Of a stretch of DNA of 64,000 bases, positions 24,720 to 35,056 are shown piece after piece; the first letter of the stretch is position 1; every line of letters starts with the position of its first letter. This stretch comes from Williopsis jadinii. Taxonomy: Eukaryota. The translations under genes and the position numbers were made by a program. Where the stretch lies: the NCBI GenBank assembly GCA_024346625.1, contig AP024667.1:62001-126000 (forward strand), in the 5' to 3' direction. The notes under the pieces were generated by a model. That model did not search any database. It was not told where the DNA came from and was given only the letters and a program-made list of their open reading frames with translations.

Positions 24720-25433
24720 ATGGCCAAGTCGAGGTTTGAGTACGTGAAGCAGTTCGAGCGTGATAACCTGCTGCTTCCGGAGACTTTTATTGTGATTCGT
24801 CTTGACGGACGTGGGTTCCACAAGTTTACTGACCATTACAACTTTGTCAAGCCGAACGACATCAGAGCTCTCAAGCTGGCCAACGCCGCTGCTCTGAACG
24901 TCACCAGACAGATTAAGGACGTTTTGGTTGCCTTTGGAGAGTCGGACGAATACAGCTTTATTCTTAGAAAGGAGTGTGATCTCTTCAACAGGAGGGAATC
25001 CAAGCTGGTTTCCACCTTTGTCTCAACGTACACTGCACATTACGTCCAGCTTTGGCCCAAGTTCTTCCCCGACACGCCCCTTGAGATCAAACACATGCCC
25101 ACGTTTGATGGAAGAGCTGTTGTCTACCCAAACTTACAAACCGTGAAGGATTATCTAAGCTGGAGATATGTCGATACGCATATAAACAACTTGTACAATA
25201 CAACTTTCTGGAATTTGGTGTTGAAAGGCGGAATGACAACCAAAGAGGCAGAACAGAGGCTGATGGGCACCCTCAGCAGTGATAAGAACGAGATCTTGTT
25301 TTCAGAGTTCCAAATCAATTACAACAACGAGCCAGAGATCTTCAAAAAGGGATCGTTGATCTTCAAAGGAGAGGTGTTACACGTTGACGTTTATAACACT
25401 ATAGACACGTACTTCAACGAGTACGACAGTTAA
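24720..25433 (+). CDS. THG1: tRNA(His) guanylyltransferase
   Basis: MAKSRFEYVKQFE, RLDGRGFHKF, GESDEYSF, FDGR, HINNLYNTTFW. Confidence 0.97.
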   Translation: MAKSRFEYVKQFERDNLLLPETFIVIRLDGRGFHKFTDHYNFVKPNDIRALKLANAAALNVTRQIKDVLVAFGESDEYSFILRKECDLFNRRESKLVSTFVSTYTAHYVQLWPKFFPDTPLEIKHMPTFDGRAVVYPNLQTVKDYLSWRYVDTHINNLYNTTFWNLVLKGGMTTKEAEQRLMGTLSSDKNEILFSEFQINYNNEPEIFKKGSLIFKGEVLHVDVYNTIDTYFNEYDS

Positions 25434-26635
25434 TCCTTGGATTTTTTTTTCAGATTCTCAAAGAACTCCTGTATATCCTCCTTATTGACAATTTTACCAT
25501 CCTGTGCAAAAGGAGTTAGGAAGTCCTTTAGTTTGGTTTTGATATCCTCAAAGACTTGGACACCTTCAATTGCCTTTTCCCTTGGAAGCGAGTTGATCGC
25601 CTTTGTTCCTAGATCATACACAGAAGAACCACCATCGTCATCGTCCTGTGGTGGCTCATATACGGGATCATCCTTCATCAAGAACGGGAATTCATCCAGA
25701 AAGCTGTGAATTGTGTTATCGTCCTGATATTGATCGTATAACGCTTTAAAATGGGATTCATGCTGGGATTTAAGGAAAACGGAATACTCGTAGTCCATCT
25801 TCCGTTTCTTCAGCGTGTTCAGAAATGAGCCTTGTTCTCTGATCTTATCGTTACGTTCAGAAATGGTTGGTGCTTCAATCCTCTGTAGCGTGTCTGCCAC
25901 GATGTCTGTATTATCTTTAATCTTATCGAAGAAATCACGATGATTTGAAACGCATTGCCAGCATACATAACAGTCAAAATCTTCAAATCTTGGGAACCCG
26001 TCAATCACCTGTTCTTTGTCTTCATTTCCGTTGTGATTCGTTGTTTCGGCATCGAGTCCTGGCTCGCCCAATGTATCCAGTACATTGACACCTTGTTTGT
26101 CGTCCTCTACAGGAGATGGAGGATCAAATTTTGGCAGTCCCATGATACAATAATCATGGAACCAATCCTCATCACATGTATCCCCTAGAATACATTGTAG
26201 CATATTACCGGTCTCCTCCACAGGGTTATAGTCCCTTGCACAGTGACAAAACTTGCCCCTGAAGTTATGGTTATACCTGTTCAGACTCTCCGGAATATCG
26301 TCATCAACACCGTCTCTCAATGAACAGCACCATTTAGTCCTGGTGGTTCCACAGTCACAGGTGAAGTTTCTCTTGGTGAACAGTTCAACCAGATTATGAT
26401 CCGAGTGACACTGAATGGAGCACGAGTAGCAGACACCAGAGGGGATGCCTGTTTTCTCCAAGCACGTTAAACACGCGTAAACCTGTTGTCTAGTAGGCCC
26501 CATCGTGTAACTGCACACCTTTGGATCGTATGGCATGAGGTCTCTTGCCTCTCTTTCCAAGCTCAGTTGCGAGGACAAGTAGTCAACAGCGGTGACGGAG
26601 CCCTCGGCGCTTGGGGAGTCAGTGTTGGCAGCCAT
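25430..26635 (-). CDS. UBR7: UBR-box/PHD protein, UBR7/Mlo2 homolog
   Basis: RQQVYACLTC..GVCYSCSIQCH..H.LVELFTKRNFTCDCGT and MLQCILG..C.EDWFH. First ATG at 26635. Confidence 0.88.
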   Translation of the reverse strand: MAANTDSPSAEGSVTAVDYLSSQLSLEREARDLMPYDPKVCSYTMGPTRQQVYACLTCLEKTGIPSGVCYSCSIQCHSDHNLVELFTKRNFTCDCGTTRTKWCCSLRDGVDDDIPESLNRYNHNFRGKFCHCARDYNPVEETGNMLQCILGDTCDEDWFHDYCIMGLPKFDPPSPVEDDKQGVNVLDTLGEPGLDAETTNHNGNEDKEQVIDGFPRFEDFDCYVCWQCVSNHRDFFDKIKDNTDIVADTLQRIEAPTISERNDKIREQGSFLNTLKKRKMDYEYSVFLKSQHESHFKALYDQYQDDNTIHSFLDEFPFLMKDDPVYEPPQDDDDGGSSVYDLGTKAINSLPREKAIEGVQVFEDIKTKLKDFLTPFAQDGKIVNKEDIQEFFENLKKKSKD

Positions 26636-27353
26636 CCCTGTGTCCTTTAAGCCGGATATACACGGTTGTAACGTGATTGAGCGAACCATTGATAGAGTGT
26701 TGTTTACATTGGAGCACAGGCCCTATGGCCTGTGCTGCGCGTACCGATGGATTACATAATATCTTACGTAATCAACGAAAAGACACATCCGGACACCCGC
26801 CAGGCACACGCACCGTTGAAAGAGTCGGAGGGCCCACCACAGTTCGAGCTGCCGTGCACCAATGAGGAAGACGACACCTATGCAAGGGACAGATTCTGTT
26901 ATTGTTTATCTAACGATTCGGAACAATCCATGGAGCCAATAGAGATGCGCAGATGGTTAACATGCTCGATTAATCAGCAAACTGCGCAATGGCACACCAA
27001 TTGGGAGAGGTGTTAGTGCTGGGATTACAAATCAACCGGAGTCAGGTGCGTGGTCCGCTTCAACCACCAACAATGAGCAACCGGAGGCCCGGTTACCAGA
27101 GACTCCAACATCAAGAACTGAGAGCACAACGGAACTCCAGCAACACCAATAGCGTAGTATGGAGTGGCCTATCATCCCCATCCACAACAATACACCGTTC
27201 TCTTCTCTCATAACCATACAGAAAGATTCGCTTTCAAATATCCCAAAGCGGTTTAACTTTCCCCTTTGGGTTCCATAATTCCTCCGCGATTCTGCCCCCA
27301 TACAAAAAAGTTTTTTCTTGACTCCGAAACCGGGGAGTTTTCCAGGCTGCCGG

Positions 27354-27420
27354 GCCACAAACTTAAAAAAAACTCAACAAGGCCACCTCGAGGCTCTGCA
27401 AAAAAGGTGAGCCACAATTC
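27354..27420. promoter_or_regulatory. Two Met31/Met32-like sites upstream of the bZIP gene
   Basis: GCCACAAACTT (27354) and GCCACAATTC (27411) resemble the reverse complement of AAACTGTGGC. Confidence 0.4.
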
Positions 27421-27537
27421 TTTGCTACTTCTCTTTCTTTCTTTCTTTTGGCTATTACAGCTGTACTGGCTTAATAGGCGGGATCAAGTGACATAAGTTG
27501 CATTGCGAGGAACAGTTCATAAGGAGGAGAGCAGATC

Positions 27538-28125
27538 ATGGATTACATATCGCAGTTGAATCTCGAGGAAGTGCCATCTGTGGCGTTGAACAATGGTGCC
27601 GGTAACGATCTCGAGTCGTTTATGGATTCAACGTTCTTTGACTTTGACCAATTCCAATCAGACTCTTCGATCAAGGTGTCGGTGCCAGGCCCTAACGCCA
27701 ACGATCTGAACAGCCAGATACCCTCAGAGCTACCGGAGAACTTGACGCAGTTTTATAACTCCACAAGCTTCACACAACAGAACCCTGTTACAAAGACCAT
27801 AGTGAAGGAGGAGACCGAAGAGGTGCTGTCGCTGGCGAAGACACAGGAGACGACGAAACGTTCGATAGAGACGCACGATGAAGTAGAGCAGGATAAGAAG
27901 AAACGTAACACATTGGCATCTGCCAGATTCAGGGTGAAGAAGAAACTGAAAGAACAAGAGATGGAGCGTAATGTCAAGCTGTTGAGTGATAGAGTCGCTG
28001 CTTTCAACGAGCGCATAAATCAACTGGAATTGGAGAATGCGTGTCTAAAGAGTCTAATCTTGGAAAAGAATGAAAAGAAATCAAATGATTTGTTAAGAAG
28101 TATCAAAGAGAAGTCGTTGTCTTGA
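27538..28125 (+). CDS. MET28: bZIP sulfur-regulon transcription factor (Met28/Met4/Cys-3 type)
   Basis: Basic region KKKRNTLASARFRVKKKLKEQ plus a leucine zipper ending LELENACLKSLIL. Confidence 0.7.
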   Translation: MDYISQLNLEEVPSVALNNGAGNDLESFMDSTFFDFDQFQSDSSIKVSVPGPNANDLNSQIPSELPENLTQFYNSTSFTQQNPVTKTIVKEETEEVLSLAKTQETTKRSIETHDEVEQDKKKRNTLASARFRVKKKLKEQEMERNVKLLSDRVAAFNERINQLELENACLKSLILEKNEKKSNDLLRSIKEKSLS

Positions 28126-28187
28126 TTTAACTACTGTTAGCAACTAGAAAAAAAAACAGATACCATATTGCATTAGCAGTGTAGTAA

Positions 28188-30180
28188 TTACTGTCCAGCT
28201 TCTTCTGGAGCTTGTTCATTACTGTCAGCAGTACTTTCACCGATAACAGCAGTGGAGCTCTGTAAAGTTGGCCCCTGCTTGTACTCCTGGTTGGCCTCGG
28301 TGGTGATGTTAAACACTCTGTACAAGACTTCGAACGTTTCTTTTTACTCAGCATCAAATTGATGCAGTTCTTACCGACCCAGATAGGGTAATCAGTTCCT
28401 CGAGTTCATCTCCACGACCGATCTTGACAAAAGCACAACCTTGTGGCATTTGGGATACCTTCGAAGCAAACTCATGCTCATCTTTCTCCAATTCTTCAAA
28501 TCTTGGGAAGGCCTCCTTCAGTAACTTTTCGAAAAGTTCCATAGAACAGTCAATGACACGTGCATCACTCAACTTGGATTTGATGATTGGCAGGTTCTCA
28601 GATTGAATTCTCCACTTACAAACAAGATCTGTTCTTTGAGATACGAAAAATTTCAACCCAGAATGGACAATCTTCAATTTCTCCTCATTAGAGACGAGGA
28701 AGTCTTTCAAAGTTGGGTTTGAAAGGTAGATGATTCTCGAAGGTTCACCAGTGGCATTTCTAACAAAGCAGCAGTCAACGACATTAGAATCGGTTGGATC
28801 AATACCGTAAAACTCCCAACATTTCTTCAACTCTTCTTGGTCTGATGGTAAAAAGTTGAATGGCTCATTACCATCACCTGCTTGTGTAGAAAGTCTCTCT
28901 TTCTTTGGAGCTGGTGTTGTCGAAGTGGAGTTTTCACCTGTCTTTTGTTTCTTAACCAATGGCTCATCTTCCGTGCTGTCAATCTTCTCGAAAACAGTGA
29001 TGAAGAAACCTCCAGTGTTTTGCAAATGTGGATAGACTCTGATACAGTCTTCTAAGTTGAAGTCCTCACCCTCGGAAGGTGGGAAAAGTTCATCACCGTA
29101 TTTGGCATCCTCACCCTTTGAAGCTTCAGTACCATCTCTCTTGATCACTTTCCATGTCTTCAAACCCTTTGCAGATTTAAGACCCGGCAATTCTGTCTTT
29201 ACCAATCTAATGTCTTTGTTCTTTCTCAATGCCTCTGCAACAACGGCTTCGTTCTCCATTGGATTCAAGGAACACGTTGAGTAGACCAATCTACCACCGT
29301 TGGCCAACAGGTTGATACCACGTTGTAAGATCTTGAATTGTAATTTGTTCAAGCCCAAACCGTCGCCAATAGACCATTTCTTCCAGATTTGAACATTCTT
29401 ACGCATGGTACCATCACCGGAACATGGAACGTCACACAAGATTCTGTCGAATTTCACAACTTGGTTGTTGAGGTATGTCTTTGGGAACATTTGAGCATCG
29501 TGGTTGACAACAACCATATTTGGAGAGTTCAATCTCTTGATCTGATGCACCAGCATGTGAGCTCTTTTGAAATCGGAATCGTTAGCAATGACAAATCCAG
29601 TTGGTGATTGAGTATCAGCATGTAGTGATTCGATAAGTTGAGCAGTCTTGGAACCTGGAGCAGCACACATATCCAACACTTTATGGTGCGATTTGACGTC
29701 GAGCACCAATGGAGGAATCATGGAGACAGCCTCCTGACGAGAAATGTTACCAACCTCATTCTCAATGACTAAGAAACGTTGCAATTTCGCAAATTGTGGG
29801 TTTTTTCTGATGATTCCCTTAGCAACATCAACTTGCCATGCCAATTCGTTTGGATAGAAGGCCAATGGCTTTGGTTGTGGGAGGTGCTCACCTTCAAATT
29901 GCAAATCGTGCAAGTACTTCAGATGTCTCTCCTTGAAGATATCGAGAATCTCCTTAGCATATTTTCTAGAGCCGGTGATTCTAAACGTCAATGGCAACGG
30001 CACTTTGCATGACTCCTTGAACTCTGCAAATTCCTCATCTGACAGCAAGTTTTGAGCCTTGTAAAAGGTCTCCCACTTTTCATTCTCCTTGTTGATCTCT
30101 GCCCATCCGCTTTCAGTGTCGTTGGTACGCTGCGCGTTCTTACCTTTGTAGTTTCTGCCTCTGAAATTCTTCTTAGCCAT
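28188..30180 (-). CDS. NCL1: tRNA m5C methyltransferase Ncl1/Trm4 (1-bp frameshift at ~28390)
   Basis: RQEAVSMIPP, DMCAAPGSKT, DVPCSGDGT and YSTCSLNP motifs. One added T gives YPIWVGKNCINLMLSKKE to the stop at 28188. Start at 30180 is supported by upstream RRPE/PAC. Confidence 0.93.
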
Positions 30181-30285
30181 GGCAAACAATCTTCTCGAAG
30201 GCAACAAAACAGCTACTAAGCACTTGCTCTGGCTGCTATCCGTGTATTGGAGGATTGGGACATTTCTCTCTATCTTTGCCGGAAC

Positions 30286-30338
30286 TGAAAAATTTTCGAG
30301 ACACTGGGAAACGAGTGGTAGGGGACACACCTCATCGC
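30286..30338. promoter_or_regulatory. RRPE + PAC ribosome-biogenesis elements of NCL1
   Basis: TGAAAAATTTT at 30286-30296; CTCATCGC at 30331-30338. Confidence 0.7.
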
Positions 30339-30846
30339 TTATGTAAGTCTTACGTAACCATGGGAGTGTGGGAGAAAGGAAGAGAAGACCATGAAGCAGT
30401 GCTGTTGGTCTATTGTCAATCGTCTTAGTGTGTAGGTCGTACTGCCTATCCAACTATCGTTTGCACCGTTACGGAATAAGCGAATGGCCACATGTGCAGT
30501 TCTCAGCCTCTTTCCACCCCAGCTGTCCTCCCATTGAAGGAGCAAACGTACGAGTATTACCCTGGTGACACAATCCACTGTTTCCCTCCCCGGGGAAACG
30601 AGTACTGCACATACCAAATCCAAGCAACACGGGGAAGAAGGTAACGTTGTGTGGGATTTAATACCGTACGGTTTCGTTTCTGTTTCTTCATCCTCTTGAC
30701 TTCTGCTGTGTGGGAAGTAACAGCCTGAACATATATATCTCCATCTGAGATTTGATACAGCAGCAAACAGAGACAATTTGTACATCCGTAGAGAAGTACA
30801 GAAGGCGCAAGCAAGAGAAGACATTCAACAGACAGGACGAGTCAAA

Positions 30847-31620
30847 ATGCCAACATACTTTATTACCGGTGCCAACAGGGGACTGGGCCGTGAGTTAGTC
30901 AAGCAGCTGCTTGAATCTGGGGATAACCATGTGATTGCGACGCTCCGTCATCTGGACAACATCCCAGAGGTTATGGTGACGAGAAACCCAAAGTTGACTG
31001 TGCTCAAGCTGGACTATAACGACCCTCAAAGTTTGGTTACACTGGCAACTGAATTACAGAAGATGGATTGTACTATTGATGTTTTCATCGCAAACGCAGC
31101 TTTGAACAATGCAAAGAGTGATGTTCTGAACAGCACAGAGGAGGAGTACCTCAACTTCTTCAAGGTGAACACCTTAGGTCCTATTGAGACGCTGAAGATC
31201 ATCAAGCCGTACATGTTGAAGTCCAAGTCCAGAAAGATCATCTTCAAGTCGAGTATCATGGGCTCAGTCTCCGAGTTCCCATATTTCCTTGCAAGTGCAT
31301 ATCCATGTGCACCTTATTGTCTTTCCAAAGCTGCCATGAATATGCTGAGCAAGGAACTAAGCTATGAGTTGAAACCCGAGAATTTCATCGTCATAAGTTA
31401 CCACCCTGGTCTAATCGATACCAAGGAGAAAGACAGACCAAACGATGACGTTAGCATCAAACCGGATTTCGTTCCTGATGAAGCCTTCATCAAGTACGTT
31501 ACAAAGGAGAACTTGAGTATCGAAGAAGCCGTGAGACGTGAGTTGAAGATCATTTCCGAGCTGAAACCTGAAGATAATGGCCACTTCATGAGTCATGATG
31601 GTTCTTATCTAGCTTTTTGA
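30847..31620 (+). CDS. Short-chain dehydrogenase/reductase (C-factor/sniffer/YKL071W-like)
   Basis: YFITGANRGLG Rossmann motif, ANA, SS.MGS, YxxSK catalytic motif, YHPG. Confidence 0.9.
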   Translation: MPTYFITGANRGLGRELVKQLLESGDNHVIATLRHLDNIPEVMVTRNPKLTVLKLDYNDPQSLVTLATELQKMDCTIDVFIANAALNNAKSDVLNSTEEEYLNFFKVNTLGPIETLKIIKPYMLKSKSRKIIFKSSIMGSVSEFPYFLASAYPCAPYCLSKAAMNMLSKELSYELKPENFIVISYHPGLIDTKEKDRPNDDVSIKPDFVPDEAFIKYVTKENLSIEEAVRRELKIISELKPEDNGHFMSHDGSYLAF

Positions 31621-31990
31621 GCCGTTTACGTCTATGGTTTTTCGTAACGTCACTGTAAAGGTCATGAGCTTGGTCGTTGAAGCTCTTCTCGACCCAGTCC
31701 TCAACTAAAATCCCCATGGTTAATAGTGCAGTTTCGTCAAACAGCAATCTTTTACCTGGATATTTCTTAGCAACGTAGTAATGTATAACTTTCAACAGTT
31801 CCGAGTCAGGTAGCTTAAACTCATGGGACCGATGTCTGACGGGGATTATAGATGGCGACCGAGGGTGCTTAGCAAGCACCTCATCAGGCCCAAGAGTTGA
31901 ATATTTCACTTGTCGATCTCTGTCACACACATCGTAAAGTGTAGTGATTGTAGTGATCTTCTTACCCTTAGCAGATGGCTCCTTTGACAT
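31586..31990 (-). CDS. RRN10: Pol I upstream activation factor subunit Rrn10
   Basis: PDEVL, LKVIHYY and FDETALLTMGILVEDWV match Rrn10. Located between NCL1 and LSM2 as in S. cerevisiae. Confidence 0.8.
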   Translation of the reverse strand: MSKEPSAKGKKITTITTLYDVCDRDRQVKYSTLGPDEVLAKHPRSPSIIPVRHRSHEFKLPDSELLKVIHYYVAKKYPGKRLLFDETALLTMGILVEDWVEKSFNDQAHDLYSDVTKNHRRKRLKKLDKNHHDS

Positions 31991-32598
31991 GGCCGAACAG
32001 AACAACGTGCCTTTAGTTGATAAACAAGTTTATTGTTTACTTCAGTCATCAGCACGAAAAAAAAATAAACATCGCCAAAGCCGTCTCGATGAGCTCTCCT
32101 ACTGGATCCTGAACGCAGTGCAAAAAATTGGTTTCACGCCCTTTCCGCGTTCCCACACCTCAGCCTGGTGCAATCCTGACCGCCCCTTCACGGGCAGTAG
32201 TGCCATGCTGGATTGACTCCCCTTTGGCGGTACTACTGGCCATTGCTCGGTGCTCCCAAGCTGGATTACTCACAGCGGGAGAATTTCACCATCCGCAAAA
32301 GTCGAACCAGGACACCTCAACTGGAAACTGGCAATGGGCAACACCCAGACAAGCTTGGCATTTCCGCGGAACAGAAACGGACGCCATTCCACTAAAAGAG
32401 CCATTACAGCGCAAAGTTTGCAAATTGTTTTGTCCTTATTGAGGGGAGTGCACGTGGATTCCCACGTGATCTATCATCAGACCTGGTGGATTCTCAATAG
32501 AGTTGATTAGTGTCGCCTTTAATGCTACGGAAGAGTCCCATTACACCGTTGTATATAACACAGTTACTGTATATTAATCCTAAAAGTGGTACAACACC

Positions 32599-33121
32599 TC
32601 AACGACCAAGTACTTGCTTACCAGAAGATGCCATGGCCTCTGTTTTGGTGATGGAAAACTGTTAGTAAGACAGACACACAGATGTAACCTCATGGACCAC
32701 CCTCCTTGTGATGATACTGGAATACTCACCTCTTCTTGCTGCGTCTTGTAATAAGTTGGTGTCAACGTCGGTCTTGCTCATGTAGACGTATCTCACCGTG
32801 GAACCTCTCAAAATATACTCTTCACAGCACTGAGATGTGGGAACTTGGCCTCGTTTGCAACTCTGATGTTGTCCAGCTTCAAGTTGAAATATTGATCAGC
32901 GGTCTTTAGCGTTCCTGTGATTTCAATACCATTTTTTAACTATCCCGGGTGTTAGAACCTATACATAGCCTCTTTTGCTTTGTTTGAAACTCACTTCAAC
33001 CGTAATCTGTTTGCAAGTTTTGGTGGAACGTTAGTAAAAAAAAATCCCATTCATTAACACCAGAAAGTGTAAGACTCACTTCACGATCCACCAATGTTTT
33101 GAAAAAAGAGAGGAAAAGCAT
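32599..33121 (-). CDS. LSM2: Sm-like protein Lsm2; 4 exons (33121-33080, 33006-32995, 32939-32730, 32639-32599), 1-bp deletion at ~32810-32813
   Basis: The spliced product reads MLFLSFFKTLVDRE-ITVE-LKNGIEITGTLKTADQYFNLKLDNI...RGSTVRYV...LLQDAARRE-AM. Three GTGAGT donors, CTAAC branch points and YAG acceptors. Absent from the ORF track. Confidence 0.9.
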
Positions 33122-33360
33122 CGTTGTATTGTCCCAGTCCTTTTATGCTATACAATGTGGAATTGTTGATGTTGTTTTGTTCGAAAAGCTTTCAAAGCGT
33201 CAGCAAAGGAGAAATTCGCGGTATCATCAACTCTTCCTTCAGACATAACGGGAGATACGAGAATGGGCCTACCCGATTCAGCAGCTAATTATTAAGTACA
33301 CGTGTATTCAATAACATATCTATATACAAGAGAATGCGTTGTAGGCCGTATTCAATGGTT

Positions 33361-34863
33361 TCATTTGGCCAGTTTGCTCACTTCAGACAACACTTTGGAT
33401 GCACCCTCCTTCGAAGATTTCAGATATTGAGCGTACAATCCAGATGTCAAGATTCTAATCTGTGCTCTTGGTTGACGAAGTCTTGAAGCAAATACCAGAG
33501 AACTTGTGAGCAGTGCCAATGCACCTGCCTGATGTGCAGATGCCAATGGGATAGGAACAAGCCATAGTAAAGTGCAAATACCCAGCGCGACTTGTAAAGA
33601 GACGAATCCCATAAGGGTATGTAGGGATTTGTTAGCAGCCTTTGGAATGATGTGCTTCACTCTGCTTGCATACAAATGCGTTGCCAGGATGGCAAAGAAT
33701 GTAGTTGTGGCCAGGATTCTATGGTTCAGCTGGACAGTGGTTGGGTTTTCAAGCATGTTTCTCCAGAACTTGTCAGATTTATCCTCCTTTCTGGAATAGT
33801 TATCGTCGAACAACTCTCTCTTTGATGGGATGTAGTTGTCACCCATGTGTGGGAAAGTGTTGTAGATTAAACCAGCGTCCAAACCTGCAACCAAACCACC
33901 AGACATGGCAGTGATAAATGTCAAGGCAACGAGTCCCATAGAGAGTCTTCTCAATGGTCTCAAAGCAGGGTTGTCTAATTCCTGGAACAACTCCAGAGCC
34001 TTCTTAGGGTCTTTCACCCATCTGTTCTCTCTGAGAATCTCCAGTCCGGTCCAGATCATGGCAGAATACAGCACAAAGGCAGCAGCCAAATGGGTTGTCA
34101 ATCTGTATTGTGACACTGTTGGCTTGGACTTTCTCTCGTCGAGCTGTTCCTGATCCAATCCGGATCTAACCATCCACCAACCAATGGCACCTTGTAAACC
34201 GAGCAATAATGTCAATACAACCAATCTGTTGTTGACCCTAGGAGAGGTCTTTCTAGTCAATGCAAAGTATGCTGCCGGAGCCAGCAGAACAACACCAATG
34301 GCTCTTCCCCAGAGTCTATGAGCCCATTCCATGAAGAAGATGAATTTGAACTCTTCCAAGGTGATGTGTGAGTTCAACTGTTTGAACTCTGGCGATTCTT
34401 TGTACTTGGCAAACTCTTCCTCCCACTCCTGCTTGTTCATTGGAGGAATAGCTCCGGTAACGGGTTTCCACTCAGTAATGGACAGCCCGGATTCGGTGAG
34501 ACGGGTCAATCCTCCAAGGACAACGATACCAAACACAAGACCAGATGTCCCTAGCAACCAATAAGCAACGGCATTCGAAGAGTTGATGAGCGTTCTCTTT
34601 CTCGTCTTGGCAACAGGCTCCTCCCTGAGAGCAGCAGCAGCAACATCCCTCCACACCGTGGAGGTGGAGAACTGACGCTTCGAGGTGAATGCACTGATTT
34701 TACGACTCGCTGGTAGCAGCCTCGAAAGCACTGACGATCTCGTATTGATCGTGGAAGCCAACGTGAAGTTCTTCTTCACCGCTGATGTCTTCACCGTGTT
34801 CAGCACAGCAGCATTGCGCATGAAGAAGAACTTCGATCTGGAAAGCACTGAAGCCGGAGCCAT
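33361..34863 (-). CDS. COX15: Heme A synthase
   Basis: GGLTRLTESGLSITEWKP, EWAHRLWGR, VSQYRL..HL, VAGLDAG, HQAGA. Confidence 0.96.
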   Translation of the reverse strand: MAPASVLSRSKFFFMRNAAVLNTVKTSAVKKNFTLASTINTRSSVLSRLLPASRKISAFTSKRQFSTSTVWRDVAAAALREEPVAKTRKRTLINSSNAVAYWLLGTSGLVFGIVVLGGLTRLTESGLSITEWKPVTGAIPPMNKQEWEEEFAKYKESPEFKQLNSHITLEEFKFIFFMEWAHRLWGRAIGVVLLAPAAYFALTRKTSPRVNNRLVVLTLLLGLQGAIGWWMVRSGLDQEQLDERKSKPTVSQYRLTTHLAAAFVLYSAMIWTGLEILRENRWVKDPKKALELFQELDNPALRPLRRLSMGLVALTFITAMSGGLVAGLDAGLIYNTFPHMGDNYIPSKRELFDDNYSRKEDKSDKFWRNMLENPTTVQLNHRILATTTFFAILATHLYASRVKHIIPKAANKSLHTLMGFVSLQVALGICTLLWLVPIPLASAHQAGALALLTSSLVFASRLRQPRAQIRILTSGLYAQYLKSSKEGASKVLSEVSKLAK

Positions 34864-35056
34864 TGTTCTAACCTCTTTTGTTCTGTCTGTTTCTATAGCT
34901 ACTTGTTGTTGTTTGAAGTGTTGACATTTCCCAAAATTTTCATTGGGCGGCCTTTGTGGCACCATTTCATTTACGGTACGCACACTATGTGATGAGCTAC
35001 GTGATGGACGGGTGGTGGCTGTTTTAATTGTTGCTATGGTTACCCCATCACCGTGG

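Noticed and set aside
30181..30453. N-terminal extensions in the ORF track (NCL1; also COX15, APM1, IRC22, WBP1, UBR7)
   Set aside because: They run through promoter elements such as RRPE/PAC or start at non-ATG codons; homology begins at the downstream ATG.
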